NCBI GenBank assembly: GCA_050952645.1
Contig: JBMNLI010000012.1
Coordinates: 256,001 to 320,000 of the forward strand
Length of the DNA stretch: 64,000 nucleotides
Source of the DNA: Bdellovibrionota bacterium
GTDB taxonomy: Bacteria; Bdellovibrionota_C; UBA2361; CAKMMH01
Reading direction: 5' to 3'
The first letter of the stretch is position 1; every line of letters begins with the position of its first letter. The notes beneath the pieces were generated by a model, which worked only from the letters and a program-made list of their open reading frames with translations, was not told where the DNA came from and searched no databases. Positions 60,714 through 64,000 of the stretch are shown here, one piece after another. The translations under genes and the position numbers were made by a program.

Positions 60714-60989
60714 TTATTGGCTCATTCCGTGTCTAACACCTCTACGCATTTCGCGGTCTAGGGCATCAAGGTATTCCTCTTTAGTTTTAAACACACGTGC
60801 TTCACAACCTAAGAGTCCCTCGTATTTGTATGGAATTTTGCCTCCTTTTGCGTTTTTACAAATCTTGCCTTCCCTAATGGTCAGCCCAGCTTCTTCAAGT
60901 TCTTCAGGAGAAATTGTAAGAACGCCATGCCCTTTAACGTAAATACACTTACGCCAATCTGCTTCTTTATTAGCAACTACTTTACTCAT
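60714..60989 (-). CDS. Orphan hypothetical protein (IYVKGHG motif)
   Basis: 91 aa, TAAGGA RBS, own terminator, paralog at 59161-59373. Confidence 0.8.
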   Translation of the reverse strand: MSKVVANKEADWRKCIYVKGHGVLTISPEELEEAGLTIREGKICKNAKGGKIPYKYEGLLGCEARVFKTKEEYLDALDREMRRGVRHGMSQ

Positions 60990-61232
60990 AGTCTTATTCC
61001 TTATTTTAAGGATGACCTAGAAACAAAAATTTCACACCAAAGAGCAGCTTATAAAAGCCAAACTTTTAGTGTAAAAACCATAAAACGACATTTTATTTTA
61101 CTAGAGAAATAAACTTTTAGCAACGAAAATAAAACTAACTATACTTAGGTTTTTTAGACCTTAGTTTTTTTAAAGCCTTGTTTTTCTAAGCATTGCTTTT
61201 CTTTATCTTAGTTTCTTAAAATATTTACTTCT

Positions 61233-62798
61233 CTAAAATAACTTCTCTAAAATAAATGTCTCTCCACCATCGGTAACTGCTGCATAAACAAGAACATCGT
61301 TAACGCGCCACTCTACCTTAAAAGAGCTTGAAATACAAAGACAATCATTAATATCATCTACTTTTAATTTATTAGTAGAAGCCTTACTAGGTTCATCAAA
61401 GATTAAATCTTCACCTAAATAAACGCCGTATTCGTTAATTTGAAAATTCGTAAGAAAATAGAAATTTCCTAATTTCCCTTGAAGTGGCGCTCTTATAGCC
61501 CTAGTATGTCCATTTACCTCAAAATCTTGAAGCGAAACGATGTTTCTTAGCTGCAACGCTGGAAGCGCAATCCTAATAGTTTTAAGCTCATCACTAAAAG
61601 ATTTTTCATTTTTAGATAAAAAATCTTTAGTAATAAAAAACTCAACTTTTCTACCCTTCCCAAATTCTTTACTCACGTCGATTTTTAGCGTTTCCCTATC
61701 ATCAGAAAAACAGCCTAACACTTCGCCAACAACGTAGTGTGTTTTAGAAACGGTGCCATCTTGATTGTAGAAAAGACATATTTCTTCTAACTTATCAAAA
61801 CGTTTATCCCATACACGACCAGCGTAAATAGTGCTATAGCCTTGCGTCTTACTAGTAGATGAAAAAACATCTTTAGTAATATTAAACAAGCGTTTAAACT
61901 CAGCGTTCGCCTCACTTAAAGACACGAACTCTAAGCCTGCTATTTTATTGCTGCTGCCTTGTGCCTCATCTGAAATGATCTTAGTTTCAATAGCGACATA
62001 TTCGCTTATTCGTGGAATAAACGACGAATAAAAATCGTTAGTCCCGAGCGATAAATATTTGTTGACGCTATTTACAACTTCTATCTTTCCGCTACTTTTA
62101 ATAAAAGCAAGTGCAGGAAGCATTGAAACTGCCGACGAACCTCTTTGATAATTCATAAGAAAGTTATGAGTAAACACATCTTTTGAAAACGTGTTTAATT
62201 TATCGATAGGAGTAGCTTTCTTTAAAAAAGAACCATCAGAGGTGCTATAAATAACAGTTTCACTCTCTTTTTCAAACTGAGTAGTATACTTTCTACGAAG
62301 TTTTTCCGTTAATGGTAAAATTTCTTTTGTAGAACCACTCTCAACGTAGGGAGTTAGCTTACTGCTAAACCCACACTTATCGGCAAACTCTTTAGCTTCT
62401 TTAGTCCAAAGATTTTTAGGACTTCCTAAAGCATCTTCATTCAAAGAAGTAGAAGATGAAAAAGTAGAAGATAAAGGCGAAGATGAAGATAAAGACGCAT
62501 CGGGCATTGCACCTAAGCTAAGTCGCCTTGGTTTAAAGCCAAATACTGCCTCACCTAACCTCAAACTTTCTTTAGTGTTAGCGTTAGCAGTGTCAGCACT
62601 AGTAGTGCTAGCGTTAGGTTCACTTTGCCTACAAGTCGTAGGGCTAGAAGTTTCCTCTACATTAACACCAAACATGGCTACATCATTAGCAAAAGTCGTA
62701 GCAAAACCTAAAAAAAACAGAGTAATACACAAAGATGCGATAAAATTTTTCTTAATCATCGCACTTTGCCTCCTTTCTTTTCTTTTTCCTTTTATCAA
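61233..62798 (-). CDS. Secreted hypothetical protein
   Basis: 521-aa ORF; signal peptide (…FATTFA) from the second Met with AGGAGG upstream; Ser/Thr-rich linker. Confidence 0.8.
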   Translation of the reverse strand: MIKGKRKERRQSAMIKKNFIASLCITLFFLGFATTFANDVAMFGVNVEETSSPTTCRQSEPNASTTSADTANANTKESLRLGEAVFGFKPRRLSLGAMPDASLSSSSPLSSTFSSSTSLNEDALGSPKNLWTKEAKEFADKCGFSSKLTPYVESGSTKEILPLTEKLRRKYTTQFEKESETVIYSTSDGSFLKKATPIDKLNTFSKDVFTHNFLMNYQRGSSAVSMLPALAFIKSSGKIEVVNSVNKYLSLGTNDFYSSFIPRISEYVAIETKIISDEAQGSSNKIAGLEFVSLSEANAEFKRLFNITKDVFSSTSKTQGYSTIYAGRVWDKRFDKLEEICLFYNQDGTVSKTHYVVGEVLGCFSDDRETLKIDVSKEFGKGRKVEFFITKDFLSKNEKSFSDELKTIRIALPALQLRNIVSLQDFEVNGHTRAIRAPLQGKLGNFYFLTNFQINEYGVYLGEDLIFDEPSKASTNKLKVDDINDCLCISSSFKVEWRVNDVLVYAAVTDGGETFILEKLF

Positions 62799-62980
62799 GG
62801 AAAATTAACCTAAATAGAACTTAGTTTAAAAAATACATAAACTAAAGTTCTATAAAAAAACATACATCTAATTATACTATAATATTTTAAAATATTTTGC
62901 AAAGGAAATTTAAGCTTATTTTATAGATAATTTACTAGATAATTATAGATATACTCGTTTAAAAATATAGTTTTATCCCA

Positions 62981-64000
62981 TTAGATTAAGAATAAAAACA
63001 TTATAAATAAAATAACTAAAAAAAGCGTAATACCAATAGGAGCTTTTCTTTCATTAAATTTACTAGAAATATTATTAAACCCTCTACCTATACTACTTCC
63101 TATACTAAGAAGCTTTTTATAAGATATACTATTTAAAGATTCTAAACCTTTATCTATAGTGGCGTTAGTTTTTTTAAATAATTTCCTATAAAAATAATCG
63201 ACATCGATAGTTATCTTATCTCGTTCTTTGTGGTAAATATTATATTTCTTACAAATATATAAAGAAAGAGTAGCAAAAAATAAGATCTCTAATTGTGTAA
63301 GAATGTGAAAACTCGTGTAAGGATTATAAACACTTTCAAAAGGTAAAATATCATAAAGCATTCGATTAGGAAAAAGCCCGATAGCTACACAAAGCAAAGA
63401 AAGCAAACCCATCGATACATACATACAAATAGGAAGTTTCTTGCTGCCATCTTCTAAATTGCAAACATCATCTTCATTATCCTTATTGTTTTTGTTATCT
63501 GCAAAATTATCTTTAAAAAAAGCGCAATACGGCACCTTAAAATACTTTACGACTGCCGCGCTTCCTATAAGCAAAAACACCCAAACTAGAGTTAAATTAT
63601 TTTCAAGTGCACTAGAAAGAATCATTGGTTTTGCTACAAATCCACTAAACATAGGAAAGGCAGCGATAGAAAGCGAACCTATAACGGCAAAAATAGTAAG
63701 AAGTGGCACTTTCTTATAAAGTCCGCCTAGCTTAGAAGCCTTGCAAGTGCCATACTTATAAAGAAGCGCTCCTGTTACCATAAAAAGTAGCGACTTGTAT
63801 AAAACGTGAACAAACACCTGCGAAATAGCCCCACTTAGCGATAAATCGCTCCCTATTCCTATCCCTACAACTATAAAGCCTAATTGATTTATTAAGCTAT
63901 AAGATAAAACCTTTCTTAAATCGTTTTCTAAAACTGCAAAAAAAACTGGCACTATCACCATAACTATTCCAATATAAATTAAGGCTTCCACTCCTAAAAA
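62981..64000 (-). CDS. Mrp Na+/H+ antiporter subunit D-like (NuoL/M/N family), 5' part outside the window
   Basis: ENDLRKVLSYSLINQLGF, HVLYKSLLFM..G, LGGL.K..P, SIAAFP.FSGFVAK; the frame is open to the window edge. Confidence 0.85.
   Translation of the reverse strand, partial: FLGVEALIYIGIVMVIVPVFFAVLENDLRKVLSYSLINQLGFIVVGIGIGSDLSLSGAISQVFVHVLYKSLLFMVTGALLYKYGTCKASKLGGLYKKVPLLTIFAVIGSLSIAAFPMFSGFVAKPMILSSALENNLTLVWVFLLIGSAAVVKYFKVPYCAFFKDNFADNKNNKDNEDDVCNLEDGSKKLPICMYVSMGLLSLLCVAIGLFPNRMLYDILPFESVYNPYTSFHILTQLEILFFATLSLYICKKYNIYHKERDKITIDVDYFYRKLFKKTNATIDKGLESLNSISYKKLLSIGSSIGRGFNNISSKFNERKAPIGITLFLVILFIMFLFLI

Noticed and set aside
57890..61100. Integron cassette array
   Set aside because: The hairpins are followed by T-runs like intrinsic terminators. 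I found no RYYYAAC…GTTRRRY attC boxes and no tyrosine integrase in the window.

Overview
This is a very AT-rich chromosomal window from a diderm (LPS-making) bacterium. The gene content looks deltaproteobacterial/Bdellovibrionota-like, which is my inference. The housekeeping backbone includes secG-tRNA-Leu, dksA, tRNA-Gln, lpxD, an lpxL-like acyltransferase, accD, lptD, nucleotide-sugar genes (rfbB, rfbD, manC, gmd, rmd-like, cupin-hldE fusion), argB-like, leuA, truA, asd, tRNA-Pro, folD, ftsH, dut, pnp, rpsO and a partial mrpD-like gene. The main non-routine observations follow. (1) A complete class IIC group II intron is inserted 4 nt after a 17-bp stem inside an ISL3-like MITE with 8-bp target duplications, and an empty copy of the same site lies 8.6 kb away. 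(2) A five-gene operon combines alkaline-phosphatase/sulfatase-fold enzymes, a small ribbon-helix-helix protein carrying only the LxxLGY tail, and a 3-TM EMC3/DUF106-like membrane protein. (3) An unannotated 50-aa Leu-rich leader peptide lies upstream of leuA. (4) An array of short orphan genes has individual terminators, two of them near-identical. (5) Three secreted orphans have weak TrbC/TraW/TraU-like motifs. (6) Several enzymes have degenerate catalytic motifs. The frameshifts in ftsH, dut, pnp, a sulfatase and the intron RT (49.7-56.7 kb) are all single-base insertions and are probably sequencing errors. All family calls come from motif recognition by eye; no database searches were run.
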